Of a stretch of 64,000 nt of DNA, positions 18,502 to 27,207 are shown in pieces. The notes under the pieces were generated by a model. The model worked only from the letters and a program-made list of their open reading frames with translations, was not told the origin of the DNA and ran no database searches. Where the stretch lies: the NCBI GenBank assembly GCA_020630295.1, contig JAHDBR010000001.1, positions 67,620 to 131,619 on the forward strand, in the 5' to 3' direction. The position numbers were made by a program, and so were the translations under genes. This DNA is from Sphingomonadaceae bacterium. Its GTDB lineage: Bacteria > Pseudomonadota > Alphaproteobacteria > Sphingomonadales > Sphingomonadaceae. Position 1 is the first letter of the stretch. The number at the start of each line of letters is the position of its first letter.

Positions 18502-19555
18502 CCAGAGTAGCTGCAGCTTCCTTGCGGTTGTGCCGCACCGACCATAGCAGAGACAGGCCGATCAGCACCGCGCCGATCAATCCGGTGATCGTTTCGGGAA
18601 TGTGGACTTTCGCCGAAACCAGCATAATTCCGCCGAGCACGATGATCGCCCAAAACGCGCCATGTTCGAGGAATTTATATTCCGCCAATGTCCCTTGCTT
18701 GACCAAATGGATAGTCATCGAACGAACAAACATAGCGCCGATTGAAAGACCAAGTGCGATAACGATCATGTTGTTCGATAATGCGAAGGCTCCGATCACA
18801 CCGTCAAAGCTGAAAGACGCATCAAGAACGTTCAGGTAAAGAAAGCCGCCAAGCCCGCTACGGACAACCGCGCCTTGCAATCGTGCGGCTTCCTCTTTCA
18901 TCTCCAGCATCGTGTTGATGCCTTCGACTGCGATAAAGGTCACCAGACCCAGAATGCCGGCGGTCACGAATGTAAGTGCATCGGCGGGCTCCAGCAAAGT
19001 AGAGATCCCCCACATCACGAGAAGGAGAAGCGCAATTTCGGCTGCCGGCAAAGCGGCGAATTTGCCCAGTTGGCGTTCCAGCCAGCTGATCCAGTGCACA
19101 TCTTTGTCCAGATCAAAAAAGAACTTAAGCCCGACCATTGCCAGAAAAGCGCCGCCAAACCCGGCAATGCCGACATGAGCCGAACTCACGATACGCTCAT
19201 ATTCCTCAGGGTCATTGAGCGAAAGATTGACCGTTTCGAGAGGGCCCAGACCCGCAGCAATTGCGACGATCGCTAGCGGAAATACTATCCGCATTCCGAA
19301 TACAGCAAAGGCGATTCCCCAAGTCAGAAAGCGGCGCTGCCAGACCTCGCTCATGTCCTTAAGCACAGAGGCATTGACGACTGCATTATCGAAGCTGAGC
19401 GATACTTCCAGCACCGAAAGAACGATTACGATCCACAGTAGCGATGCTGTGCCCGCGACAGTGCCTGTGCTTTCCCACCCGTACCAGACGGCAAGGCCGA
19501 GACAGATCAGGGTGAAGACAAAGGAAAGCTTATAATAACGAAGCAGCGTAGCCAT
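18473..19555 (-). CDS. DUF475 / TerC-like integral membrane protein
   Basis: 360 aa, polytopic, with the motif LSFDNAVVNA typical of the TerC/DUF475 superfamily. Confidence 0.75.
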   Translation of the reverse strand: MATLLRYYKLSFVFTLICLGLAVWYGWESTGTVAGTASLLWIVIVLSVLEVSLSFDNAVVNASVLKDMSEVWQRRFLTWGIAFAVFGMRIVFPLAIVAIAAGLGPLETVNLSLNDPEEYERIVSSAHVGIAGFGGAFLAMVGLKFFFDLDKDVHWISWLERQLGKFAALPAAEIALLLLVMWGISTLLEPADALTFVTAGILGLVTFIAVEGINTMLEMKEEAARLQGAVVRSGLGGFLYLNVLDASFSFDGVIGAFALSNNMIVIALGLSIGAMFVRSMTIHLVKQGTLAEYKFLEHGAFWAIIVLGGIMLVSAKVHIPETITGLIGAVLIGLSLLWSVRHNRKEAAATLASPDAGRDA

Positions 19556-19610
19556 GCGCGGACCCAGTTCAGTCAGATTGGTTGGTTGCCGGTGAATGCG
19601 GCGTCACCGA

Positions 19611-20483
19611 TCAGCTTTTTGGCTGATAGGTTTGCGCTTCATCGGGGAAACTCCGGTCCCTTACTTCGCTGGCGTAAGTTTGCACGGTTTTTTCGATTAT
19701 CTCGGCGATATTCTCGTACTTCTTCACAAAACGGGGGACACGTTCAAACATCCCGAGCATATCTTCCGTGACAAGCACCTGACCATCACATTGCGCAGAC
19801 GCGCCAATCCCGATGGTCGGGCAATCGATGGCTTTAGTAACAGCGATCGCGATCGGTTCCACAACGCCTTCAATGACGACTGCAAAAGCGCCCGCATCCG
19901 CCAGCGCTTTTGCATCAGCGACGATCTTGTCCGCTTCACTGTCACTACGGCCCCGGGCCATATATCCGCCGAGGACGTTGACGGCTTGAGGTGTGAGGCC
20001 AACATGGCCCATGACCGGAATGCCGCGCTTATTCAGAAACTCGACTGTTTCTGCCATCGCCTCGCCGCCTTCCAGTTTGACGGCTGCGGCGCCGGTTTCC
20101 TTCAGCAGATATGACGCACTTTCGAAGGCTTGTTCTTTCGAAGCTTCATACGAACCAAATGGCATATCGACGACAACCACCGAATGATAGGAACCGCGGA
20201 CGACAGCTGCCCCGTGATTTGCCATCATTTCCAAAGTCACCGGAATGGTGGAGGGGAGACCGTAAATGACCTGCCCAAGCGAGTCCCCGACCAGCAACAG
20301 ATCACAATGCGCATCCAGCAATTGGGCCTGCCGCGCGGTGTATGCGGTTAGCATCACAAGCGGGCTTTCGGTGACCCCGTCCTTCTTCCGGCGGCGGATT
20401 TTTGGCACGGTGAGCCGCTTCATCGGTGCCGGTGTCGGCGTGGCGCGGCTGGTCGAAGTATCGAGTTGAAACGTTGTAGACAT
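19611..20483 (-). CDS. panB: 3-methyl-2-oxobutanoate hydroxymethyltransferase
   Basis: Motifs [14 protein letters not shown] and KLEGG. The start could be ATG 20483 or the more E. coli-like MKRLTVPK at 20423. Confidence 0.9.
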   Translation of the reverse strand: MSTTFQLDTSTSRATPTPAPMKRLTVPKIRRRKKDGVTESPLVMLTAYTARQAQLLDAHCDLLLVGDSLGQVIYGLPSTIPVTLEMMANHGAAVVRGSYHSVVVVDMPFGSYEASKEQAFESASYLLKETGAAAVKLEGGEAMAETVEFLNKRGIPVMGHVGLTPQAVNVLGGYMARGRSDSEADKIVADAKALADAGAFAVVIEGVVEPIAIAVTKAIDCPTIGIGASAQCDGQVLVTEDMLGMFERVPRFVKKYENIAEIIEKTVQTYASEVRDRSFPDEAQTYQPKS

Positions 20484-20506
20484 GGCTGTGCTTCTAGCGG
20501 AGACGG

Positions 20507-20522
20507 GGATTTGCGCAAATCC
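20507..20522. promoter_or_regulatory. perfect 16-bp palindrome GGATTTGCGCAAATCC (candidate operator)
   Basis: The sequence is self-complementary and lies in the panB / SNF-transporter divergent region. The half-site GCGCAAAT recurs at 20537 and 20578. Confidence 0.35.
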
Positions 20523-20613
20523 TGTCTCGACTAGCCGCGCAAATCGTTGCACAAGCGCGCTCTACACAAAGGGATCAGCGCAAATATGCGCAGCTAAGAG
20601 GGTATTTGACGTC

Positions 20614-22032
20614 ATGGTAGCAGCTTCAGGTTCATCGCGAGACGGTTGGTCGTCACGTTCGGCCTTTATTCTTGCAGCGGTCGGGTCAGCCGTCGGTCTA
20701 GGCAATATGTGGCGCTTTCCCGCTGAAGCGGGGGCCAATGGCGGCGGCGCTTTCGTGCTGTTCTACATTTTTTGTGTGCTGCTGATCGGTCTGCCTATCC
20801 TTTTGTCCGAAACGCTTATCGGCCGGTATGGTCAGGCATCCGCCCCTGAAAGCGTGCGCAAGGTGGCCGAGGACTCCGGTAAATCAAAACATTGGGACAT
20901 TCTTGCATCGTTTGGTGTTCTTGGCGCGTTTTTGGTGCTCAGCTTTTACTGCGTCGTGGGCGGATGGGTTCTCTACTACATCGGTGTATTCGCGCAGGAT
21001 CTGCTAGCCACCGGGATTACCGGCGGCGCGTTCGAAGGGCGGCCATCGGGCGATATTGAGGCGCTGCTGCCCGACCTGTTCGGAAATGCCGGCCTGATGG
21101 TGGGGCTGCACGTGCTGTTCATCGCGATTACATTCTATTTCGTGGCGCGCGGCGTATCGAGCGGTATTGAATGGGTCGCGACATGGCTCATGCCCGCCTT
21201 TTTCGCGTTGTTCCTTGCAATCACCATTTACGGAGCATTCACCGGAGCATTTAGCGAGGCAGTCTCCTATCTGTTTACGTTCGACGCTTCGAAACTAACC
21301 GGCGCAGTTATGCTGGCCGCAGTGGGTCAGGCGTTCTTCTCGCTCTCGCTCGGTGTAGCGGGCATGATGACTTACGGTGCTTATGTCGGCCGAAACGTAA
21401 ATCTGGCCGGAACGTCGGGCATTATCGCGGGTGCTGACACGGCAGTCGCTTTGCTCGCCGGACTGTGTATCTTCCCTATCGTGTTTGCTGCGGGCCTTGA
21501 GCCAAATGGCGGCCCGGGTCTGATGTTCCAAACATTGCCGATCGGTTTCCAAAGTATGCCCGTAGGTTCGCTTGTAGGGCTGCTGTTCTTCGTCATGGTG
21601 TTCTTCGCTGCTCTGACTAGTTCGGTATCCCTGATGGAGGCTCCAACGGCCTGGTTGAAGGGCAAAGCGAACCTTGCCCGTCCTGCGGCGACATTGATCG
21701 TGACGATTGCAGCGTTGCTGCTCGGCATACTTGCAGCACTTTCCTTCAATACAATGGCGGATTTCCAGCCCTTCGGCTTTATCCCGCTATTTGAAGGGCA
21801 GGGGATGTTCGACGTGCTCGATACGGTAACGAGCAAGATATTGATGCCGATTGGCGCGATCTTGACGGCGCTGTTCGTCGGTTGGATCGCAGAACGCCGT
21901 TTAATCGATGCGGAGAACGGTTTGACGGGCGGACTGGAGAAGTTCTGGCTGTTCCTTGTCCGCTGGTTGTGTCCGCTGGCACTGATCATAATCCTGATCG
22001 TCGGAATATTTCCTTCAATCCTTGGAGAGTAA
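20614..22032 (+). CDS. sodium-dependent transporter, SNF (neurotransmitter:sodium symporter) family
   Basis: Start moved to ATG 20614 after AAGAGGG. Hallmark N-terminus FILAAVGSAVGLGNMWRFP. Confidence 0.9.
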   Translation: MVAASGSSRDGWSSRSAFILAAVGSAVGLGNMWRFPAEAGANGGGAFVLFYIFCVLLIGLPILLSETLIGRYGQASAPESVRKVAEDSGKSKHWDILASFGVLGAFLVLSFYCVVGGWVLYYIGVFAQDLLATGITGGAFEGRPSGDIEALLPDLFGNAGLMVGLHVLFIAITFYFVARGVSSGIEWVATWLMPAFFALFLAITIYGAFTGAFSEAVSYLFTFDASKLTGAVMLAAVGQAFFSLSLGVAGMMTYGAYVGRNVNLAGTSGIIAGADTAVALLAGLCIFPIVFAAGLEPNGGPGLMFQTLPIGFQSMPVGSLVGLLFFVMVFFAALTSSVSLMEAPTAWLKGKANLARPAATLIVTIAALLLGILAALSFNTMADFQPFGFIPLFEGQGMFDVLDTVTSKILMPIGAILTALFVGWIAERRLIDAENGLTGGLEKFWLFLVRWLCPLALIIILIVGIFPSILGE

Positions 22033-22049
22033 ATCCAAGCAAGAACAGA

Positions 22050-22086
22050 AAAAGGGCCGCTCCCGGTTGGGAGCGGCCCTTTTTGT
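22050..22086. terminator. bidirectional intrinsic terminator between convergent genes
   Basis: AAAAA-GGGCCGCTCCC-ggtt-GGGAGCGGCCC-TTTTT. Confidence 0.8.
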
Positions 22087-22100
22087 TACGTGCCTAGCGG

Positions 22101-22583
22101 TCAGAGCGAGGTTTCGGTCTTTTTGTCCTTCATGTCGTCACGGACATCCATTCCCAGCGCCATCTTGGCTGTTGTGAGCATTGACTGGTCACCACTCCAA
22201 ATCTCGGCCAAACCTAAATCCATCCGCAGCATGATCATGTTCGGATCGCTTTTGCCGCCGGGGAACCATGCTTCCACGAAGTTGTTCCACTGCTTGTCCA
22301 AACGTTCAGAACTGGTTTCTTCAATGAGGACACCTTCAAACCGGGCAAACATTTTATGATCTTTACCTGCGAATGTCGCGGTTGCCGGACCCATCTTGGC
22401 CAGATCACTGTCACGCGTGGTGAAAAACCAGATTGCACTGTCAGCATCCTTATCTAGCTGGGCGGTCATCGGGACAGCAGTATCGGGATCATTATCCATT
22501 TGTAGGAAAACGAATGGCGAATCTGCCAAAGCCTTCCAAAAATCGGTTTTAAGTTCGTCGGTATTTCCGTCTGAATAATTCAT
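22101..22583 (-). CDS. pyridoxamine 5'-phosphate oxidase-fold protein (general stress protein 26-like)
   Basis: 160 aa. The FVFLQM...PMTAQ...IWFFT pattern is typical of the GSP26/PNPOx-like family. SD is AAGAGGA. Confidence 0.75.
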   Translation of the reverse strand: MNYSDGNTDELKTDFWKALADSPFVFLQMDNDPDTAVPMTAQLDKDADSAIWFFTTRDSDLAKMGPATATFAGKDHKMFARFEGVLIEETSSERLDKQWNNFVEAWFPGGKSDPNMIMLRMDLGLAEIWSGDQSMLTTAKMALGMDVRDDMKDKKTETSL

Positions 22584-22700
22584 GATAATCCTCTTTAACT
22601 TGTTGAATTACCAATGCTTCAAACATTAAAATGTTCCGCTCAATTGCTCACGCGTTGCGTAAGCGCGGCGAACCGAAGAACAACCTCGCAGAACGAAAAT

Positions 22701-22740
22701 GGGCCGCTAATCCTAAGATCAGCGGCCCACTCACTCGCGT
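22701..22740 (-). terminator. intrinsic terminator of the carbonic anhydrase gene
   Basis: Minus strand reads GGGCCGCT-(12-nt loop)-AGCGGCCC followed by ATTTTCGTT. The hairpin starts 25 nt after the stop codon. Confidence 0.5.
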
Positions 22741-22752
22741 TTTTAGATCAAA

Positions 22753-23472
22753 TTATTCCGCCGGAGCTACTAACAGACGTCCACCCAACGGTTGCAGGGA
22801 GCGTGCGCTCGGGCCGAGAAGACCATTTAGTGCAGCAATCTGGTCTGCGCTTGCAGTGAGGACAGTTTTGGCGACGTGCCAGTTGACACCTTCGCTGCAT
22901 GGCGGTGTGGTCAAGGACCCCATGTAGCGGAAGACCTCGGTATCCATCGGCATCATGTCGGTGACATCAACTGTCACTTCAGTTCCGGCGCCCGAGGGAA
23001 GTGCGTCTACCAATTGGGCAAGACCCGCATTGGCTTTGCCTTCCTCGAACATCACGCCAAGAACGCCCAGCTTACCGTCTTCGGTGGCGTGCACAAAGTG
23101 GCCTACCAGCGGATAACGCTTGCCATTAATGGCATGCTCGGAAGGAGTGTGGAAGTGAACCTGAAGCAGACCGAACTCCATTCCGCCTGATGTCATTCCC
23201 ATTCCAGCTGGAAAGTTGAGTTGAACCTTCTCCTCGCCAATTGCGAGTTCAGAGGTCGTTTCGCCATAATTGGTCGAAATTTCGATGTCGCCAAAGGCGT
23301 TCGGGCCTCCCAGATCGATCGGTGATTGTGTAAGGCCGGCATCGCACAAAGCGTAATCGCTATTCTGCAAAGACCAGCGTTCCGGTGACACGCCGTCACC
23401 GAAGTTCCAGTCTTTCGCGGCAGCCGGAGCGGCCAGAAGTGCGATTGCGGCAATAGAGGTAACAAATTTCAT
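22753..23472 (-). CDS. alpha-class carbonic anhydrase, secreted
   Basis: Start moved to ATG 23472 (SD AAGGGAG). Signal peptide MKFVTSIAAIALLAAPAAA; motifs QSPIDL and LQVHFHTPSEH, plus a C-terminal alpha-CA signature. Confidence 0.9.
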   Translation of the reverse strand: MKFVTSIAAIALLAAPAAAKDWNFGDGVSPERWSLQNSDYALCDAGLTQSPIDLGGPNAFGDIEISTNYGETTSELAIGEEKVQLNFPAGMGMTSGGMEFGLLQVHFHTPSEHAINGKRYPLVGHFVHATEDGKLGVLGVMFEEGKANAGLAQLVDALPSGAGTEVTVDVTDMMPMDTEVFRYMGSLTTPPCSEGVNWHVAKTVLTASADQIAALNGLLGPSARSLQPLGGRLLVAPAE

Positions 23473-23706
23473 ATCAAACTCCCTTGGCACAGGGCGGCTC
23501 GATTGGATGCCGTCCCCTGTGACGTTGGCTGAGCCAACTAAACTTATCCAAATCGATCGAAGCTTTGAGGCATCTAATCGTTCGATACGTCCGACATCAC
23601 GAGTTCAGTTACTCGCCAGAGGGGCCCGGTCCGTGCTGCCAATACGAGCATTGCGGCGGATTGTTCCCGCCTTTTACGTAATTAGTCCTTTCATCTGGGT
23701 GCGGAA

Positions 23707-23721
23707 GAACATATAAAGAAC
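23707..23721. promoter_or_regulatory. candidate alphaproteobacterial LexA box (GAAC-N7-GAAC, equivalent to GTTC-N7-GTTC)
   Basis: GAACatataaaGAAC ends 2 nt before the ATG of the radical-SAM gene. Confidence 0.6.
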
Positions 23722-23723
23722 AT

Positions 23724-24968
23724 ATGTCGCAAATCTCCACAATCGAAAAACTTGGCATTTTAGCTGATGCGGCTAAGTATGATGCTTCGTGCGCGTCATC
23801 AGGCACCGCAAAAAAGAACTCGCTGGGCGGAAAGGGCGTTGGCTCTACCGAGGGCATGGGGATCTGCCATGCCTATGCTCCTGACGGGCGCTGTATTTCG
23901 CTGCTCAAGATATTGATGACCAATCATTGCATCTTTGATTGCCACTATTGCGTCAACCGGAAGAGCAGCAATGTCCGCCGGGCCCGATTCACCCCGCAAG
24001 AGATCGCCGATCTCACGCTCAGCTTCTATCGGCGTAATTATATTGAAGGGCTATTCCTCTCCTCGGGAATAATCAAAAGCTCTAATTTCACGATGGAACA
24101 AATGGTCGAAGCCGCGCGCATCCTGCGTGAGGAGCATGATTTCCGCGGTTACATCCATTTGAAGACCATACCTGAGGCGGATCCCGAATTGGTTCATCAA
24201 GCAGGCCTGTATGCAGATCGGGTTTCTATCAATGTGGAACTCCCCACAGATAGCGGGCTGACCCGCTTGGCGCCTGACAAGGATGCGCGGCAGATTGAAG
24301 GCGCAATGGGCAATGTCAAAAACGACATTGTGGAAATGAAAGATGCGCGAAAACGGTTCAAGCACGCGCCGAGATTTGCCCCGGCAGGCCAATCGACCCA
24401 GATGATTGTCGGTGCAGATGCGGCCACCGATACCGATATAATGGGAAAGGCCAGCCGCCTGTATGACGGGTTCAAGCTGCGCCGTGTGTATTACTCTGCA
24501 TTCAGCCCCATTCCCGATGCCAGCGCGGTGCTGCCATTGAAGCGGCCCCCGCTTATCCGGGAGCACCGCCTGTATCAGTCCGACTGGTTGATGCGGTTTT
24601 ATGGCTATCAGGCTAGGGAGGTCATGCAGGCGGCGGATGACGACGGAAATCTACCGCTCGATATTGATCCAAAGCTCGCTTGGGCACTGAAATTTCGTGA
24701 CCAATTTCCGCTCGACGTCAATCGTGCGGCGCGCGAAGCTTTGCTGCGCGTTCCGGGCCTCGGGGTCACGGCAGTTCAGCGCATACTGACTGCCCGGCGT
24801 CATAAATCGCTCAGGCTTGATGATGTTGCGAAAGTGACGGTTTCGATCGCGAAGGTCAGACCTTTCATTTGTACCGTTGATTGGCGTCCGACTGTCCTGA
24901 CCGATAGAGCCGATTTGCGGTCTCTATTGGCACCGAAACAGGAGCAGTTGGAGCTTTTCGCAGCATGA
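23724..24968 (+). CDS. putative DNA modification/repair radical SAM protein (TIGR03916-like) with C-terminal HhH
   Basis: 414 aa. CIFDCHYC (CxxxCxxC) at residues 69-76 and helix-hairpin-helix LLRVPGLGVTAVQRIL. ATGA overlap with the next gene. Confidence 0.85.
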   Translation: MSQISTIEKLGILADAAKYDASCASSGTAKKNSLGGKGVGSTEGMGICHAYAPDGRCISLLKILMTNHCIFDCHYCVNRKSSNVRRARFTPQEIADLTLSFYRRNYIEGLFLSSGIIKSSNFTMEQMVEAARILREEHDFRGYIHLKTIPEADPELVHQAGLYADRVSINVELPTDSGLTRLAPDKDARQIEGAMGNVKNDIVEMKDARKRFKHAPRFAPAGQSTQMIVGADAATDTDIMGKASRLYDGFKLRRVYYSAFSPIPDASAVLPLKRPPLIREHRLYQSDWLMRFYGYQAREVMQAADDDGNLPLDIDPKLAWALKFRDQFPLDVNRAAREALLRVPGLGVTAVQRILTARRHKSLRLDDVAKVTVSIAKVRPFICTVDWRPTVLTDRADLRSLLAPKQEQLELFAA

Positions 24969-26398
24969 CGAAGAGTAACTCCTGCGCACTGAAAGGGCAT
25001 TATTCTGTGACGGTGCCCGAACCGGACGATTTTATGTATTGGCGGGATCAAGCGCGCCACCTGATCCAATGCGGAATTCCGCCGGAACGGGTGAGTTGGA
25101 CAGATGGTCAAAGCTCCGGCGATCTTTTTTCCAGCGGAAATGATGTTTTGCCGCCGATCCCTGATTCTGAACCGACTGTACGCAGCAGTCGCCGCTTTAT
25201 GAGCCTTGCGCGGAACGCGGCGCTTCACTCGGATCCTGAGCGGTTTGCTTTGCTCTACGCATTGCTCTGGCGGTTGCAGAAGGCCCCCAGATTGATGGAG
25301 GATAAGACCGACGGCGACGTGAGACGTGTTGAACTGCTGGATAAAAGTGTGCGGCGCGACAGCCACAAGATGCACGCCTTTGTGCGGTTCCGGAAAATCG
25401 AAACTTCTACGGGAGAGGAACATTATGTCGCCTGGTTCGAACCCGATCATCACATAGTGCGCGCCAATGCCGGCTTTTTTAAAAAACGTTTTGCCAATAT
25501 GCGGTGGTCAATCTTGACGCCAAGGGGCTGTATTCATTGGGATTTGAACTCGATCAGGGAAAGCCCCCCAGCGCATAAGTCAGATGCCCCGGACAGTGAT
25601 GCAACCGAAGATTTGTGGAAGAAATATTACGCCTCCATCTTCAATCCCGCGCGCCTGAAAGTCAGCGCAATGATGAGCGAAATGCCAAAGAAATTCTGGA
25701 AGAACATGCCGGAAGCGGCTTTGATTCCTGAATTAATTGCCAGCGCTCAGTCGCGGGAATCGCAAATGGTAGATGCCGGGAAGATCGGGTTTGAAAAGCG
25801 TCCGGCCACGCTCGCGGAACTAAAGGATCGCCTTCAGTCCTGTCGACAGTGTTCAATAGGTTGTAGTGCCACGCAAAGTGTGGCGGGCGAGGGAGCGCCC
25901 GGCTCGCGATTGATGATCGTTGGCGAACAGCCGGGCGATCAAGAGGACATTGAAGGCAGACCGTTCGTCGGCCCCGCTGGCAAATTGTTGGATGTGTTTC
26001 TCGGCAAATCAGGCATAGCGAGAGCCGATGCGTTCGTGACTAATGCAGTGAAGCATTTCAAATATGAGCGCCGCGGGAAACGCCGCATTCACCAAAGCCC
26101 GACGGCCAAGGAAATCGACACATGCCGCTGGTGGCTGGAAAGCGAACGCCAGATCGTTGGGCCCAAGCTGATCCTCGCATTAGGGGCGAGTGCAGCGCGG
26201 AGCGTGCTGGGCAAAACGGTCAGCCTTCAACAAGCACGCGGTCGGCCTGTCAAATTGGATGACGGGAGTGAATTGTGGATTACCGCACATCCATCCTACT
26301 TGCTGAGGCTGACCGGCGATGCACGATTAGAGCAGGAAAGATTGTTTGCGCGAGATCTGGCCGCCGTGCAGGAACGAATGCGTGAAGTCATCATTTAG
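24965..26398 (+). CDS. DUF4130 domain fused to a family-4 UDG / UdgX-type uracil-DNA-binding domain
   Basis: 477 aa. Motif A GEQPGDQEDIEGRPFVGPAG, the UdgX-specific KRRIH (nt 26078-26092), motif B HPS, and Cys ligands CRQCSIGC. Confidence 0.85.
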   Translation: MTKSNSCALKGHYSVTVPEPDDFMYWRDQARHLIQCGIPPERVSWTDGQSSGDLFSSGNDVLPPIPDSEPTVRSSRRFMSLARNAALHSDPERFALLYALLWRLQKAPRLMEDKTDGDVRRVELLDKSVRRDSHKMHAFVRFRKIETSTGEEHYVAWFEPDHHIVRANAGFFKKRFANMRWSILTPRGCIHWDLNSIRESPPAHKSDAPDSDATEDLWKKYYASIFNPARLKVSAMMSEMPKKFWKNMPEAALIPELIASAQSRESQMVDAGKIGFEKRPATLAELKDRLQSCRQCSIGCSATQSVAGEGAPGSRLMIVGEQPGDQEDIEGRPFVGPAGKLLDVFLGKSGIARADAFVTNAVKHFKYERRGKRRIHQSPTAKEIDTCRWWLESERQIVGPKLILALGASAARSVLGKTVSLQQARGRPVKLDDGSELWITAHPSYLLRLTGDARLEQERLFARDLAAVQERMREVII

Positions 26399-26443
26399 AA
26401 TTTCTATTCCGCTTAAGAACAGCGGGTTAGCTTGCCGTCATGA

Positions 26444-27205
26444 TTGCATGACAGCATTGAAACCATGGGATGTTACGCCGTGAAGCTTGAGATATCCCGC
26501 TCCATTGGCAAATTTGTGTTCGATCGCCGGGCTATCGCTTTGCTTGTGTTTGCGTCGATTCTAGTCGCCGGGCATGCTTGGCTGCGGGCTCACCCCGAAA
26601 ACAACCCATGGGCACCGCTTGATCTGCGCGACCCGCCCGGATGGGCAACGCAATCGAAACTTGCCGCTATAGGAAGTGACACCGAGGCGTGCCGCGCAGT
26701 GTTAGAGCGCAGCGAAGTACAATTTGACGTTTTGGCATCGCAAGGTTCGGGCGCCTGTGCGCGACCCGACCGCACGATTTTAAGCGAAAGTCTGCTACAA
26801 CCGGGGAACCCCGCAATGACGTGTCCGGCAGCGATCGGGCTGCACCTCTGGCTCGAGAAATCGCTTCAGCCCGCAGCAATGCAGAAATTCGGACAAGAAA
26901 TTGCGTCTATTCAACATCTTGGTGTGTATAATTGTCGGCGGCTCTACGGGCGCAGCGAGGGAGCTTGGAGTGAACACGCGACCGGCAATGCGGTGGATAT
27001 TGCCGGTTTCACGCTGAGCGACGGAACGACGATATCGGTTCTTTCGGATTGGGATGATGGAGGAGCCAAAGGCGAATTTCTATCGAGGGTTCGGGACGAT
27101 GCCTGCGCTATGTTCGGCACCGTTCTGTCGCCAGATTACAATGCGGCGCATCGCGATCATTTTCATCTAGATCAAGCGGAACGAGCCTGGGGCGTGTGCC
27201 GCTAA
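26444..27205 (+). CDS. extensin-like C-terminal domain protein
   Basis: SEHATGNAVDIAGF...NAAHRDHFHLD...CR matches the Extensin-like_C pattern. The start codon is uncertain. Confidence 0.75.
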   Translation: MHDSIETMGCYAVKLEISRSIGKFVFDRRAIALLVFASILVAGHAWLRAHPENNPWAPLDLRDPPGWATQSKLAAIGSDTEACRAVLERSEVQFDVLASQGSGACARPDRTILSESLLQPGNPAMTCPAAIGLHLWLEKSLQPAAMQKFGQEIASIQHLGVYNCRRLYGRSEGAWSEHATGNAVDIAGFTLSDGTTISVLSDWDDGGAKGEFLSRVRDDACAMFGTVLSPDYNAAHRDHFHLDQAERAWGVCR

Positions 27206-27207
27206 GT

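Noticed and set aside
19556-19610. Possible yybP-ykoY (Mn2+) riboswitch upstream of the TerC/DUF475-like gene
   Set aside because: Only 55 nt separate it from panB. I see no GGGGAGUAG-type or other conserved core, so there is not enough room or signal.
23485-23499. Sigma-54-like TGGCAC-N5-GGCT near the PrsR module's neighbourhood
   Set aside because: The -12 element is GGCT rather than TTGC, so the GC is out of register. It also points into a 230-nt region before the next gene and overlaps the CA 5' hairpin.
23507-23857. 69-aa (plus strand) and 82-aa (minus strand) ORFs in the CA / radical-SAM intergenic region
   Set aside because: Neither has an SD or a recognisable motif. The 82-aa ORF overlaps the start of the radical-SAM gene in antisense. 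The region is better read as regulatory (hairpin, palindrome, LexA box).
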